Positions 10,120-21,921 of a stretch of 32,519 nucleotides of DNA are shown piece by piece (within the stretch, counting starts at the first letter, position 1; every line of letters begins with the position of its first letter). The DNA is taken from positions 1 to 32,519 of the forward strand of contig CAXUUL010000103.1 of the NCBI GenBank assembly GCA_964255285.1, read 5' to 3'. A program made the position numbers and the translations under genes. Under the pieces are notes generated by a model. It saw only the letters and a list, made by a program, of their open reading frames with translations, had not been told where the DNA came from and did not search any database. Source of the DNA: Ionaspis alba. Taxonomy: Eukaryota.

Positions 10120-11409
10120 TCAAGAGTTGGTGGATAATCCACCATATGCCCTCTCCTCCGAATCCGCATCCACGGTCAAAAGCGCTCTATGCTCATTATC
10201 GTTGCTGACCTCTCCTGGCCACCAGCCTCTCATGTAGCCTGACACCTTCCTCCAATGACTTTTCCCTTGTCTATCACGGACTTCAACCACCCCCTTTTCT
10301 ACCTCGCCTTCCCCAAACATGAGAAATTGTGCACCAACGGCCGCATCCAATCCCAGAACTCCTGCCGCTCCCAGCCAAAATGGTGCCGCTAGACTCAGCC
10401 ACTCAGCACGATTGCTACCTTCAGCGCCCACCCAGCCATGTGCGCCGTATGGCGGATAAGAGGCCCAAGCAAGCGGATTTGTGAGGAGAGAAGTCGAGTA
10501 AAAAAGGTTGCCAAAGAACGCAGCGATGAACAATGACGCCGAAAGGCCAGACGTAGAGCGACGTGTATGGTTTTTGTAGAGTTGTGGAAGACGAGAGCCA
10601 AGGTAGAGGAGAGTCGAGGTCCACGAAAGCAGGCGTCCAATAAACTCGGTGCGGGTGGCAGTTTCGCTGGCTGTGATGTCAAACGGAGACATGGGCAATG
10701 GTGAAGCATTGCCGAGCACGGCACAAAGAATGGAGATCAGAAGGAGTGCCTTTGGCGATGGAGTCGCTACGGGACCGGAGCGTATGTGGATTGAATTGCA
10801 AGAACTTGGAGACCCTTTCTCCGTCGGAGTCGAGGATAAATAAGGGAAACGAAAAGAGCTGAAAGGTACAAGCCTTGGCTTGGAGGACTTGTCTGTGTCA
10901 TCTGCTGGTTTTCGTTGCGGTGAACCCTGGCCTGTGATCGATACGCCATCGAGAATAGCCCCGTCAGTTCCCTCCGAGCCGTCTCGTCCATTCTCGTGCA
11001 GGTGAGGTTTATCATTGCCCCATCCTCTGCGATATGTATACCAAAAGTATTGGCTGACTAAGGCGATATCAACACAGACATAGTATCCTGCAACCACAAT
11101 TTGCCAAGCGGCCTGCTTGGTCAAGATTGCTCCGAGGAGATTTGTAGTGTCCCCAAGGCACCACACAACAAGAAAATATATGGATAACCCTGCTGTGGAC
11201 TGTAGATTGTAGTTCTTGAAAATTTGTGGCAGTTGCGCAAAAAGCCAAGCAAGTATGCTCAGGCTTCCAAGTACTGTTGATAGAAAGGAGAGGGGAGTCG
11301 GCATACACGTATGAAAGTCGGAGGATATTCGAGTTAGGAATCCATTCTCAGGATAGCAATGATCAGGAAGAGCTGAAGTTAGAAACTCCTCCAGAGGTCG
11401 ATGTGGCAT
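10120..11409 (-). CDS. PQ-loop vacuolar/lysosomal membrane transporter (Ypq/PQLC2-like cationic amino acid exporter family), 429 aa
   Basis: Two PQ-loop repeats (WLFAQLPQIFKNY..STAGLSIYFL and YLGSRLPQLYKNH..STSGLS..F), several TM segments, and a C-terminal EHRALL dileucine-like sorting motif. Confidence 0.88.
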   Translation of the reverse strand: MPHRPLEEFLTSALPDHCYPENGFLTRISSDFHTCMPTPLSFLSTVLGSLSILAWLFAQLPQIFKNYNLQSTAGLSIYFLVVWCLGDTTNLLGAILTKQAAWQIVVAGYYVCVDIALVSQYFWYTYRRGWGNDKPHLHENGRDGSEGTDGAILDGVSITGQGSPQRKPADDTDKSSKPRLVPFSSFRFPYLSSTPTEKGSPSSCNSIHIRSGPVATPSPKALLLISILCAVLGNASPLPMSPFDITASETATRTEFIGRLLSWTSTLLYLGSRLPQLYKNHTRRSTSGLSASLFIAAFFGNLFYSTSLLTNPLAWASYPPYGAHGWVGAEGSNRAEWLSLAAPFWLGAAGVLGLDAAVGAQFLMFGEGEVEKGVVEVRDRQGKSHWRKVSGYMRGWWPGEVSNDNEHRALLTVDADSEERAYGGLSTNS

Positions 11410-11847
11410 GGTGATAGCGAATCAGAGCTTGTAGTGGATTTCACACTATCATGACTGCCAGTTCCAAGTTCGACCATCTACCAGGTCCTGTCCACAGCGC
11501 TCCGAGTCTAAATCGTCAAACACAGTGCTCCGGCGAGTTATGATGCGCTCTCTATTGCTATCGAGTCCGCCTCTTCCGTGTCTATCATCTCGCCTGGATG
11601 AAAGCCATTCTAGAAGGCCTCGAAATATATCGGCTTGGAGTAGGGCGAGTGCGTAGTGTCCGGGTGAGATGCTAGAAGTCCGATATTAACTTCGTGAGAG
11701 GTTGACGATATTGTATTCAGCCTCTCGGTTGCTCTAAGAATAATGAATCATTATCAACCAAGCTGACAGCGGTCTCCGTTCAGATAAGAAAGTGGTGCGG
11801 ATAGCTCTATTAAGGTGAAGCAGAGAAAGAAACAAAGGGACACGCCA

Positions 11848-11970
11848 TCACCAAGCTGAGAAGAAAGGAGGATTAATCAGGTGGGTGAGGGTGAGGCAAG
11901 GACGAGTGATCTTCTTACGTGCAGGCAGTAGAGGAACAGGAAGGGCCAGGCAACCCGAGAGGGCCCCCAT
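11848..11970 (-). promoter_or_regulatory. Predicted spliced upstream ORF (MGALSGCLALPVPLLPAPW*) in the leader of the PQ-loop gene; leader intron 11918-11856
   Basis: ATG at 11970 in the context GCCATCATGG. The intron has a GTAAGA donor, a CTGAT branch-like site, a polypyrimidine tract and a CAG acceptor. The spliced junction C|CT TGG TGA gives Pro-Trp-stop. Confidence 0.5.
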
Positions 11971-12405
11971 GATGGCACCTTGGGGAAGTGGCCTCGACCC
12001 AAGGACGGTCAGGCGGGAGGATTCGGTTGGATCCGATCGCTATCCGATATGGTGGCCGGCAGATCAGTGGGCTTCATATCTTGCATCTGTGGGTCACCCA
12101 CGAAAGCGATCATTTGCGTCTGACGGATGATGCAGGGTGGTGACTTCGGGGTGTGGACTGGCTTGGTGGGTATGGTAGGCTCGGCAGGTTTGTGGCTGCA
12201 GCGGCCTGCGGCACTATTTGTAGAACTGATAAGACTTCCCACTAATCAGGCTAAGTCAACAAGGGCTAGCTGATAAGGGCAGCACCGCTTGGCATACAAC
12301 CACACGTGCTTGACAGAATAAATGATACACCGAAAGGCGGTGTTCATATTTACGACTCGTACGCTCTCTAAATTACCCACCAAAAACTCATTGCTTTTAA
12401 GACAT

Positions 12406-13263
12406 TCAGAAGGCAAGTCCGCTAATCATCTCGTTTGATGTGTTATTTATTTTGTCAGGCGTGTGAGAAGTAGGGTGGCCGAACAGGCCTTCAATGCTAT
12501 ACCTGACCGATCTCAGGGCATTTCTTTGTTCAGACGACGAAGCATCAGGCAGTTCATGGTCATACCTCACCGCCGATACTCGTGATCGTCGCACCCCACC
12601 CACTACCTGTTTGATATTAGTCCTTACTGCATCCAAATCTAACTACCGAGAAGGTTCGATCAATAGATTGGGGTCCGAGGCTGGGTCACCGTTGAGTGAG
12701 AATAGCTTGGCACGATGTAAATGGTGGCCGGGTGCTGTTTCATGCTGCTAGGAATATCCAATACATGGGTATTCAAGAACGAAGTTGATCTTGAATTCAA
12801 AGTCAATTACATTCCAACCATTTGACCTATCAATATCTTGGTCCAGGGTGTCGAGTAGATTACACGCGGCACTCACAGAAGGCTCAATGCGCCATGCCGC
12901 AAGGGAGTTAAAATCTTTTGCTAAAAGACCCAGAACCGGATTCCAATCCAATTTGATATTACGAGGAGCGTTACGCCAGAATCTAAGCCAAGGCCGTGCC
13001 GTACGATTTGATACTCGGAGTTCCGTCAAAGAGGGCCCTATCACTGTATTAGGAATCCCGGTCTCCCCTCTTGGTCAGAAAACGGAATGAAACGTTTATG
13101 CAAGATCCAACAGATTTCGCCGTACATGATCGAAGGTACGTCTAGCAGAATAACCCGCGGCTGATGTGGATGGTATATCAACCACTTTGGACATCACAGC
13201 GCGTGCGTTAACAGACAATGCCAAAAACATCATGGTACAGAGCGCAATCGCGTCAGATCCCAT
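12406..13263 (-). pseudogene. Possible decayed or multi-intron gene for a secreted protein
   Basis: One frame runs from ATG 13263 (MGSDAIALCTMMFLALSVNARA, signal-peptide-like) to 12406 with only four internal stops. It includes the ORF-track entries 12748-13044 and 12406-12636. No family recognised. Confidence 0.25.
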
Positions 13264-13907
13264 TATTCGAATAGTTCATTGCAATCAGGAAAGGGTAAGA
13301 GTGAAGAAAAGTATTGACAAAGGTTGTAACAGACCTCGTTCGGCATGGCGCGACTCTAGAACCCAATAAATATCGTGAGTTGAGATGTCATCCTGCAAAT
13401 CACCAACTTACGCGAGCGAGCGTTTGATCTGGGATTCCGCATATATCCACGCGGTTTGCAAAATAGATGGAACGATTCAACCAGGCGGGCCCGTGCCCGT
13501 ACCATTCCACCTCCTTTCCTGCAAAACGCGTGACTCCCTAGTGACATAGTGTTACTAAATCTTTGTGACTTCCAAGTGGGGAAACAACAGCCACGAGTAG
13601 ATATCGAAGACATAGCCTAAATCTCAGGCTCTAGATTCGTTCAGCTTTGACCACAGTTCATTCCCTAGGCCACGCTGTCCAACAATCAGTGGTTTCGCCT
13701 CAAAGGTAGTGGCAGGTATTATATCGCCTAGAAAACCCCCTCAGCTCTAGGTCCCGGTTGATAGATGATTTCTAACCTCTGGCCTGCACAGTCACGATAG
13801 GTGCATCGAGGTCCGCGCCAGCGTGCTGGCAAACCTTTCAACGGACCTTCCAAAATACTCTGTGCATCAGGCCGAAGTCGGTCGACGGTAAGGACCACAT
13901 AAGGTTC

Positions 13908-16900
13908 TCAATCCTGTTTGTCCAAGTGCTTTTCGCTGGACCGTAAAAACCCGTCCGACGAACTTGTGGTCGAAATGACGTGGTACGAGAAATCCACAAC
14001 GCCGACGATCTCTTGCACAGTGCTGCAACCCATCAGTAAAAGTAAAGGATCCTCAGACATACCATAGCTAACGCAAGAAGCTTCGCTAGGGCTTCGCTCA
14101 TCAAAGTACTCGCGACCTGCATTACAGCCTTCCATAATATCAGCTTTTTTGTTTATCACGGCAGCGAGAGTAGCAGTCACATACGAAAGCGGCATAACCT
14201 GGCTCAGCAATGTGTCTTATTGCCAATATCCCTGGGTCAACATTCTCCAATTTAGCGCCAATTTCATATGGCGCAGGAACACGGAGATACGGTGGAAGAG
14301 CAGTCCCATCAGTTATGCTCGCCGACAAGAGGGCGAGCAATGACGTGACTTCTTGGGAGGTTACATCCACGGAAGACACCACTTTGCTGAACGCCGTGCT
14401 CCAGTCCTTTTTTTCAGAAGACTCATCTGCCGTCTGAAAGCTTTTGGCTGCGAAGGCAATGAGTGCCATATAGTTCAGAAGACTAGCTGGTCATCAAGCA
14501 GTGTCTTGCGGAGCTTAGGATATATTCCTTACTTTGAAACTAGCTGGATCATGGTGTCGTACTGCTCTTTAGGGAATTTCCCTCCGAATGTAGACTCGAA
14601 GATGGTAAATGCGGAGTGTTCACGAAGCTCTGTGAGCAACGCAAGCTCTTTCGCCATTATCTGAGTACGTGCCTTATCGAGCCGCTGCCCAGGACTGTCA
14701 TCGCCGCCAGAAAGACCTTCACCATTACCGAGCTGCATGGCAACAGTGGTGTGCACACAACTGTAGAAGTTTGCCAACAGATATAATGATGCTCCAAGCT
14801 GCTTCCGAAGTGTGCTCCTGGCAGTGATCGGAAAGGGGAACACGGTCCAGATGAACGCGACGAAGCACCCTGCCGCAACCGTTGCAAGCCGGTAGCTAAT
14901 TACGGTCAGCATGGATAAATTTTTCTCCATTGCTATAGGGTGAGAAGGGTACTCCGATTCGGATCTTGACATGGGAGCTAGCTACACATGTGCAGGAGAA
15001 AGCCTTCGAGAGACGTCTCTAGGGCTATCGTATATGGAATATACGTACGGAGTAAGTAAGTATACCGGATAATAAGGCTGGCCATTGGACGATGCAGCCG
15101 CCGGACCAATCTTTTCTACTTGCAACTCGTAGCCGAGGATGAGGACCTGTAATTCTCAGCTCCTTCGAAAATGTGATATGTCCATAGCAGCATCTACCTG
15201 GGTAATCATTGTAATCATTGTAATGACCACTATTTTTGGGAACTTGACAATCATATAGATCTGCATGGAAAGAAAGACGAACAGAAGTGGTATGACTCCA
15301 CCTGGAATACCTCGCCCACCAGCAATGTACCATATAACCAATGTGGTGCATGTGGCTATCAAGGTACCAAGCTATAGTTGTCAGCTGGGGTGCAAGAATC
15401 ATGAGTTGTGGTGGCTATTTACCACTCGTCCTATCAGTCCAAAAATACCGCTGCCGGAAGTCATTGTCATCCCTATGGCAACCATAATCATTGCCCACAC
15501 AAGCCGCTGTCTGACGAAGAACGTCTGAGTCGTCTCGAGATAAGCCAAGATTCCGATACTCATGGTAGCACATGCAACCCGGAACCCAAACGCGCACTCT
15601 GGCGATGCGAGGCGATGAGAAACCTTTCGGATGCCGTTCCCAAAGCGCTGCCACGAATCTGTGGCTCTTAGCTCAGCCCTTGGCAAATGAAATGCAAATC
15701 CGTATCGGAACTTACTGGCAGGTGGTAAATGCTCAGGATCCTTCCGCCTCCCATACGAATCTCCGAGGTGGATGTTCGAGAGACCTGCCTCACGTTGGTC
15801 CGGTGCGTGCTCAGCAGAAGAATCGGTATCCTCAAAGGTAGATATGAGCCACTTTTCAAGACGCCTTTTCCCGGGAAGTATTAGCCGTCCCTTTTCCATG
15901 ACACCAGCCTCTGTTTTGGAGTCTGCAAACCTGACCAGATCAAGTACTGCACTACCTATGGACCACATGAGGAATTCCATGTAGAGAACTAAGTACAACT
16001 GCTGTTTGTTTTTAAAGTGCGCGTCGTTATATATGTCATGATCGAGAATTGCAGCAGCAGAAACGGAGGAGTCTACTTTCTCCGGGAATGAAAGTCCCTT
16101 CTCTTCACACCAAGTCCCTAGGGTAACCTTCCTCTCGTCGTAAAATTTTGTGACCTTCCTTGCGAGATCCTGCTGGAAACGAGGGTCACCAGGAGAAACA
16201 ACGCCGACACGCGCCTCGCAATCGTTGTCGTCAGCTTTTGCTCTCTTCTTGCGGTGGAAAGCCAGAGCGAAGTGGTTGAGACCATCCACCATAGCACCAG
16301 CAAGTTCCTCGAACGACTCGTGTAATGCTCGCACCGTAGTGTTCCAGTGCTTTCTTGCTTTGAGCCTGGTGGCTTTGCGGGATTCATTCACAGTCTCCCC
16401 AGTTCGGAAATCATTTGAGGTTTGCCTTTCGCCAAGCATTTCAAGTATTTCGACCAAAGTGCCCATTCCCAACACGGGAAGAAGTATTCCACGCAAGAGC
16501 GCGAACACCTCATCGAGCTCCTTGGAATCAAGTTTGCCATATAAGGCGACCTCACGTTTGGCGAAAACAAGGTCACCGCGAATCTTAGCATGCAAAGCAG
16601 TCAGACCTGCTACTGAAGTCTTCAATTTTTGGCCTGCAATAACAGTTTTAGTTTCATTCCGTAAATTTTGGTCCTTGCAAGGTTCGACTTCGTCGTACTG
16701 CTCCAAGCTTCTCAGATAGCCTTTTTGGGCACCAATGACACCTTCGAGTGCCTTGAGATATCCTCCTAAATCATCGAAAACAACCTGTCTTGAGCTTCTT
16801 GGGAAAATTAGGAGATTCACGCCTGTCGCGATGGCGAAACCGGTAAGAAAAGCCTCCATCAGCTGCTTGATAAAAGCTTTACCCTGCGTCATTGTGGAAA

Positions 16901-17604
16901 AGGTTGGAGCATATGTGAAAGTTACGTTGGCAAAGATAGAATAAATAATGATTGGGAAGCCCAGCTGGGGTCTAGATATGCTCAGCACTGAAGGCAAGAA
17001 TGCGAGCTTGAACAACAGACCTGGAGAACCGCAGTGCATTGGCAAACAGTATATTCAGGAATAACCAGATTGCGCTGACCGCACTTGCGCTAGAGTTGTA
17101 GATAGGAATATCTGCTTCAGGCGGAGTGTTACCGGAAGCGGTAGATTTGTAGACACTGGTGTAAATCCTTGCCTGTACACTGCTGTACACGCCCAAGAGC
17201 GCAATTGATGCTCCTATGCAGAGGCCAATCACGTTAAGGAACATGGTCTGGAGGAATTTCGCACGAGGAAGAATTGGAAAGGATAGTATTGACATAATAG
17301 CGACCAGATAGCCAAGCGTAGCAAACTCCTGCGCAAACGAATCGGTCTGATACAATGCAACCGCAATGGTAGGAGCGCAAGCTCCCTTGACCATCGTGCA
17401 AAGTACACCGGTATCCAGACCCAGCTTCTTCCATATTCGCGTCGCCAACAAGAGCCTCTCAGCTCGATCTCCCCGTCCTTGTTCGTCTTCCTGTACTGCG
17501 ACTTGATGATTTGAATTTATGGATCTCAGCTGAGAGGGCGTCGCATGGTCTGCCGCATCTGACACCACGGGGAGTACTGGCCGGGAGGGGGTGGTAGCGG
17601 CCAT
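13908..17604 (-). CDS. Polytopic membrane protein of the ArAE/FUSC-like family (putative ER transporter 6TM N-domain + FUSC_2 + DUF2421 type), about 1059 aa, 9 exons
   Basis: Exons 17604-17021, 16971-15716, 15658-15423, 15371-15198, 15146-15049, 14895-14533, 14482-14185, 14128-14073, 14022-13908 total 3180 nt with all GT-AG introns and no internal stop. Family-like motifs: MVKGACAPTIAVALYQ, RKDPEHLPP, FGFRVACATMSIGI, LILGYELQV..G...SNGQPYYP, FGGKFP, EPGYAAFAVMQVAS, VGVVDFSY. Confidence 0.85.
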
Positions 17605-18652
17605 TCTTGTAGCATGGCATCACGATTTGATCGACGAGCTACCGACGCCTGTGAAGCCAGTGAGATGTCTGATATTGACTGTGAGTTACTGTCATTCATC
17701 CCAGCATCGGAGAAGGAGCGAAGGGCTCCGGAGCACTTGTGTCATGATCCGCATATCTGCGTGAGGTAAGCGTAAGATACGGCACACACCTTGGCTAGGT
17801 GGTAGTTCAGATAATTCGGATTTAACGGATTTAGATTGACACATAACCTTACTGACCTGCATCTGATCTCAATTCCTGGAGCCAACACACAACCCACAGA
17901 GGCTCCAGGCTTTGTAAGATGGCGTGGCTCCTTCATGACTGTCCCGCAATGACAGAAGAAGGCAACGACGATCCATTAATCCTTCAGATGCCTGTACTGT
18001 CCCCCAATGCGTCTTTGTTTATCTGTCGAAAGCTGGCAATGAATTCATTGAACGCTTCGTTTCCCCTGGTTTCTCCGAAGGACAGATAGCTTCATACAGC
18101 TGCGATATGCTCTTAAAATGGCTCCAAGACGTCAGTACCCAGAGTATATAGTTCAAGAATAAAATCTGGAGCAGCACCGTCAACAAAGACAACCTGTTAC
18201 AATGCTGCCATATTTTAGATGTTATGACATGGAATTCCTACAGTATCGTTGGCTCGCGCCTGCCATTCATTGAACGGATCGTGGCAAGATGGGTCTTCTT
18301 TCTCATGGTCGAGCGAGGCAAAGCCTGCCCACATCTTAATCATAATTTCTTATATACAAGATTTAGATGCCCTGGCCGTGTTCGGAAAAGCTTTAAAAGG
18401 GAACGTCAACAGGAACGTCAGAATGAAAATAAAGCCGCTGCAACGATAATAGGTCACCTAGCAGATTGGGCTATTAAAACTGGCGCTGAGAACACACTGG
18501 AGCAAACAACTTCGCCAATCGCGTTCTTCAACACACGTTTTGGCACGTCCAACCAATACGACAGGTCTGATATTGCTGCATCGACCCTGTGTAGCTCAAG
18601 ATAGTTTGTCTTGGCTTATAGCTCTCTCCTTGAGATAGTGGTGAAAGCAGCC

Positions 18653-19515
18653 ATGGCCCGAAAGAAGACCAAACTCTGGCTTTGCCGTCCTACTGCTTCT
18701 CGTGCAGTCACTCGCCATCAAACTGCGGCCCGAAAAGCTGTTTTTCCATTCCTTAAACTCCCTCCCGAGCTAAGGTAAGCATCTTCCTGTTCATGTTATA
18801 TATCTCAAACTAAGCAACTTGCAGGAAGGAAATCTATAAGCTGGTTCTACGGACAGATATACCAGTCAATATCAATAGTTCTTGCGCGGTCAAGCATATC
18901 ACCGCAATGGAGGAGGTTGGGCACGGCTGGATCACCAGGCAGATCGAGCAGAAATGCGTCAAGAAGCTTGGTGTATTACCAGCCATCATTCTATTGAACA
19001 AGCAAACCCATGAAGAGGCCATCGTCGTTCTCTATTCCACAGCGCAGTTCGTCGTCGCGAATGACCTGATGGAACCCGCCCTCAGCATTGAGAGCTTCAT
19101 CGACTCTACCAAAACTGCCAACTTCGCCCTCATCCGCAATGTCAGTCTCAGACTCACTGTATGCTGCGACGCCCACACTGAAAACTGGTCGCGGATTCTT
19201 CATACGTTGTTTGGATACCGGACTAATTGGCCAACACTGGATCTGTTGCAGATACTTGTCACTGATACAAGAAACAATGTCCTGTCCCCTACTGCCATTA
19301 ATCTTGGCTATCTGTCCTTTGTCGCTTCGACTGTGCGAACCGCAGTCACGTTGAGCCACGCTCAAAGAACAGTCCTTGTTGCTGGAGAGAGTACTTGGGA
19401 GCTTCAGCAAGGAAGGCATTCCATCGATTCCATGCTGGATGATTTTATTCCCGTGAAGAAGGAGGCTAACAAAGCTGAGGCCAGGGAACAGATGTTGGAA
19501 AGCAGCGTGCTCTAG
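18653..19515 (+). CDS. Hypothetical protein with N-terminal F-box/2EXR-like motif, about 270 aa; exons 18653-18774, 18825-19515
   Basis: Splicing intron 18775-18824 (GTAAGC..CTAAG..CAG) gives FPFLKLPPELRKEIYKLVL, then PAIILLNKQTHEEAIVVLYSTAQF, a pattern typical of fungal F-box-like proteins. It joins ORF 18907-19515 in frame. Confidence 0.75.
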
Positions 19516-20494
19516 ACTTGTATTGGTCGCGCAATTTGAGATGCTTTGACTGATTCGTTGGAGGCTGAGAGATCCGGATTTCTGCAGATTAAAAATGCCA
19601 AGATGGGTCATGCGATGGGGCCGGGGTTATCAGAGCTTTTTACGAGACATTGAAGGAACCAGGCATGTACATTACTGCGTTTGCGTTTACGTATAGAGTC
19701 TGTTTCCGTAATATCATTCCCGACAAGGCCACTAATTGATCCAAGGTGCTGTAGAAGCACGCTGGGAATGTACCAATGATTTGTGGGTTCCTGTCGTACT
19801 TATTATCTTGCTGCGCTTGTTCTCTCGTCTTAGTACACAGACGGTGTTCGGGTAGGATTATCAAGACTATCAACGGCTGCGCCGTCCCTGATAGATCAGT
19901 TTCACATTAAAGACGAAAGCTGGGGGCTTCGACGAAGGTATGAGCTCCGACTATTGTAAGATTGAGGCTCAGGAGGACCATGTGCCCATACCAGTCGCTC
20001 AGAACAACAAACATTCGCTTAGACTAGTAGTAAATCAACTTGGAATAACTACACTGCGGCAGTCCTTGGGTGCTTAGGCAATGATAGTGCCCGAAACCAT
20101 CGTCTCTCCATCGATCTTGGTGCTCTGCCATCTGTTAAGATGGTGTCGGAACGGTATAACCACGATCACAGCCAAAACGCATGTTTGGAAGTTGATTGTT
20201 TCTTTACTAGCAGTTCAGGGAAAGGACTAGAGGTTTCATTGGTTGTTCCAGGCTAGAACTGCTTCAGCTTTGTATGAATTGCGTATTCTAGATCAGATAC
20301 TGACGACATTGGATCAGAGTAGAAGGTAGAAGTTTAGTCCCTGATATATCTATGTAGGATATGTTGTCTATCCCTTCAAAGATCCAACCATCATTCTCAG
20401 TGTTCTCAACATGGCGAGACGCCGGCAAAACATGACCACATCAGATTTTTGGATAAGCCAATACACTGCCGTGGAGGAAACCACCCTTCTGCAA

Positions 20495-21921
20495 TTACGT
20501 CCCGTCGGTATTGAACCAGTCATCATCAAAGTCCTCCAGAACTTCTAAATTGGCATCAACCATAGTGCTGTCCTCCAAGCCCATATCCCCTGATCCGTAA
20601 AACAAATCATCAAAGCTAGATTCCATGGGCATAGTAGCAGCCGGGTGACTATCAGGTCCGGAGCTTGCATTGATCGCCTCTGCGCTTGTCAATTTCGTAG
20701 CGGGTCCTAGTGCTTTCTTATTTGTCTTCGACGAATTGAACTCGTTCGATGCATCAGTGAGGTCAATCATGGCAAAATCGTCCACAGAGCTAGCGTGGGC
20801 CTCTCCATTGACGTAGTTCTCCAGCCCTGGAAGTAGAGTATTAAGGTCCTCGTTAGAAGTGGTGGAGAAGTCAGCATTGGCGGTCAATTCGCCAAAAGGA
20901 TTATCGTCGAGGAGTTCTTGGGAGATCGAGGCATCAACGGAGAAGTCAAGTTCAAATGGCAGAGTATCGTTGGGATTAGCGGTTGAGGTATCTGCGAACA
21001 TGGAATCAAAGTCGGCGTCGTTGAGCTGCGTCGTATCGTGCTGATTAGATGGCGTGCCTTGGGCGAGGATTTGAGTAGGAGAGACTACCGATTTCGTAGA
21101 TGCTATTGTTTCTATATCCCGCGTTGGAGGCTCCTTACTGTTTGTTGAACCTTTGATGGAGTCTTCTAGGGGAGTATCACCTGGTTCGCTTTGGAGCTTT
21201 GGCTTGCGAGGCTGGCCGCTAGATCCTTTATCCTCCATGATCGCATCATGAGGCTTAAGAGACGCAGATTGCTCCTCTGGAAGGAAGCTCGAGTGGCCCG
21301 AATTGGTAAACATGAGGCCGCTATTGCTCGGAGCATCCGATTTGAGATTTGCTTGACCGGATTTCTTTAGCCTGGTGACTCCGGCAGCTCTTTCGCGCTC
21401 CGCTCGTTTTGCCCGAAGAGCCAAAAGGTCTCTCTCTAATACCGACTTGGCCTCCAACTAGAAGGAAATTAGTCAAGGTGTGCAATGAATAACCGAGCAA
21501 GAGCTGAGCTAATCAGGTACGCAAGCCGTCGAAATGCTAGTAAGACGATGAGATGTGTATACGCCGTGCTTAGAAGCTGGGAGACATTGGCCCAAGACTG
21601 CCAGACATGAAACATCACGGAGCACGTGGGAAAAGCGGTAGGCTGACATACCAAGCCGATCTCAATATCGTCGAGTGCCTCATGAAATTGGGAGTTAGCT
21701 TGCGGGATGGCCTGTTGGCTAGGACTTTTCATTCCATTCAAAGGCCCCGTCTTCGAATCCTGTGGAGGCACTCTGAACACCTTGCCAATCTGAATAAGCT
21801 ATTTGATCATCAGTACGAGCTTTCTGATAATGTTGTGTCTGATTGACACAGCGCGTACCACGGTGTTGAGAAGCACCGGGAGTTTCTCAAGAGACTCTCG
21901 GAGAGGTAGTGGCTCATCCAT
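20495..21921 (-). CDS. Conserved hypothetical protein, candidate Mediator tail subunit Med2/Med29-like, about 390 aa; exons 21921-21859, 21798-21652, 21457-20495
   Basis: Introns 21858-21799 and 21651-21458 (GTACGC/GTATGT donors, CTGAT/CTAAT branches, TAG acceptors) give MDEPLPLRESLEKLPVLLNTVLIQIGKVF..SQFHEALDDIEIGLLEAKSVLERDLLALRAKRAERE. A disordered region follows, then an acidic/hydrophobic tail (DFDSMF, FDDLF, DFDDDWF). The gene model is well supported; the function is inferred. Confidence 0.75.

Noticed and set aside
18224..18604. 126-aa ORF between the ArAE-like and F-box-like genes
   Set aside because: No motif, splice support or protein-like composition. It lies in a divergent promoter region.
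13908..18824. Non-consensus branch points (CTGAG/CTAAG) and donors (GTCTGT, GTTAGC) in several introns
   Set aside because: Within normal variation for filamentous-fungal introns. No evidence of a distinct splicing class.
18991..19611. 206-aa antisense ORF over the F-box-like gene
   Set aside because: Shadow ORF. The plus strand has the spliced motif-bearing model and this translation has no recognisable features.
19640..20013. Minus-strand frame of about 124 codons with one internal TAA
   Set aside because: No recognisable family, and the length is within chance expectation.
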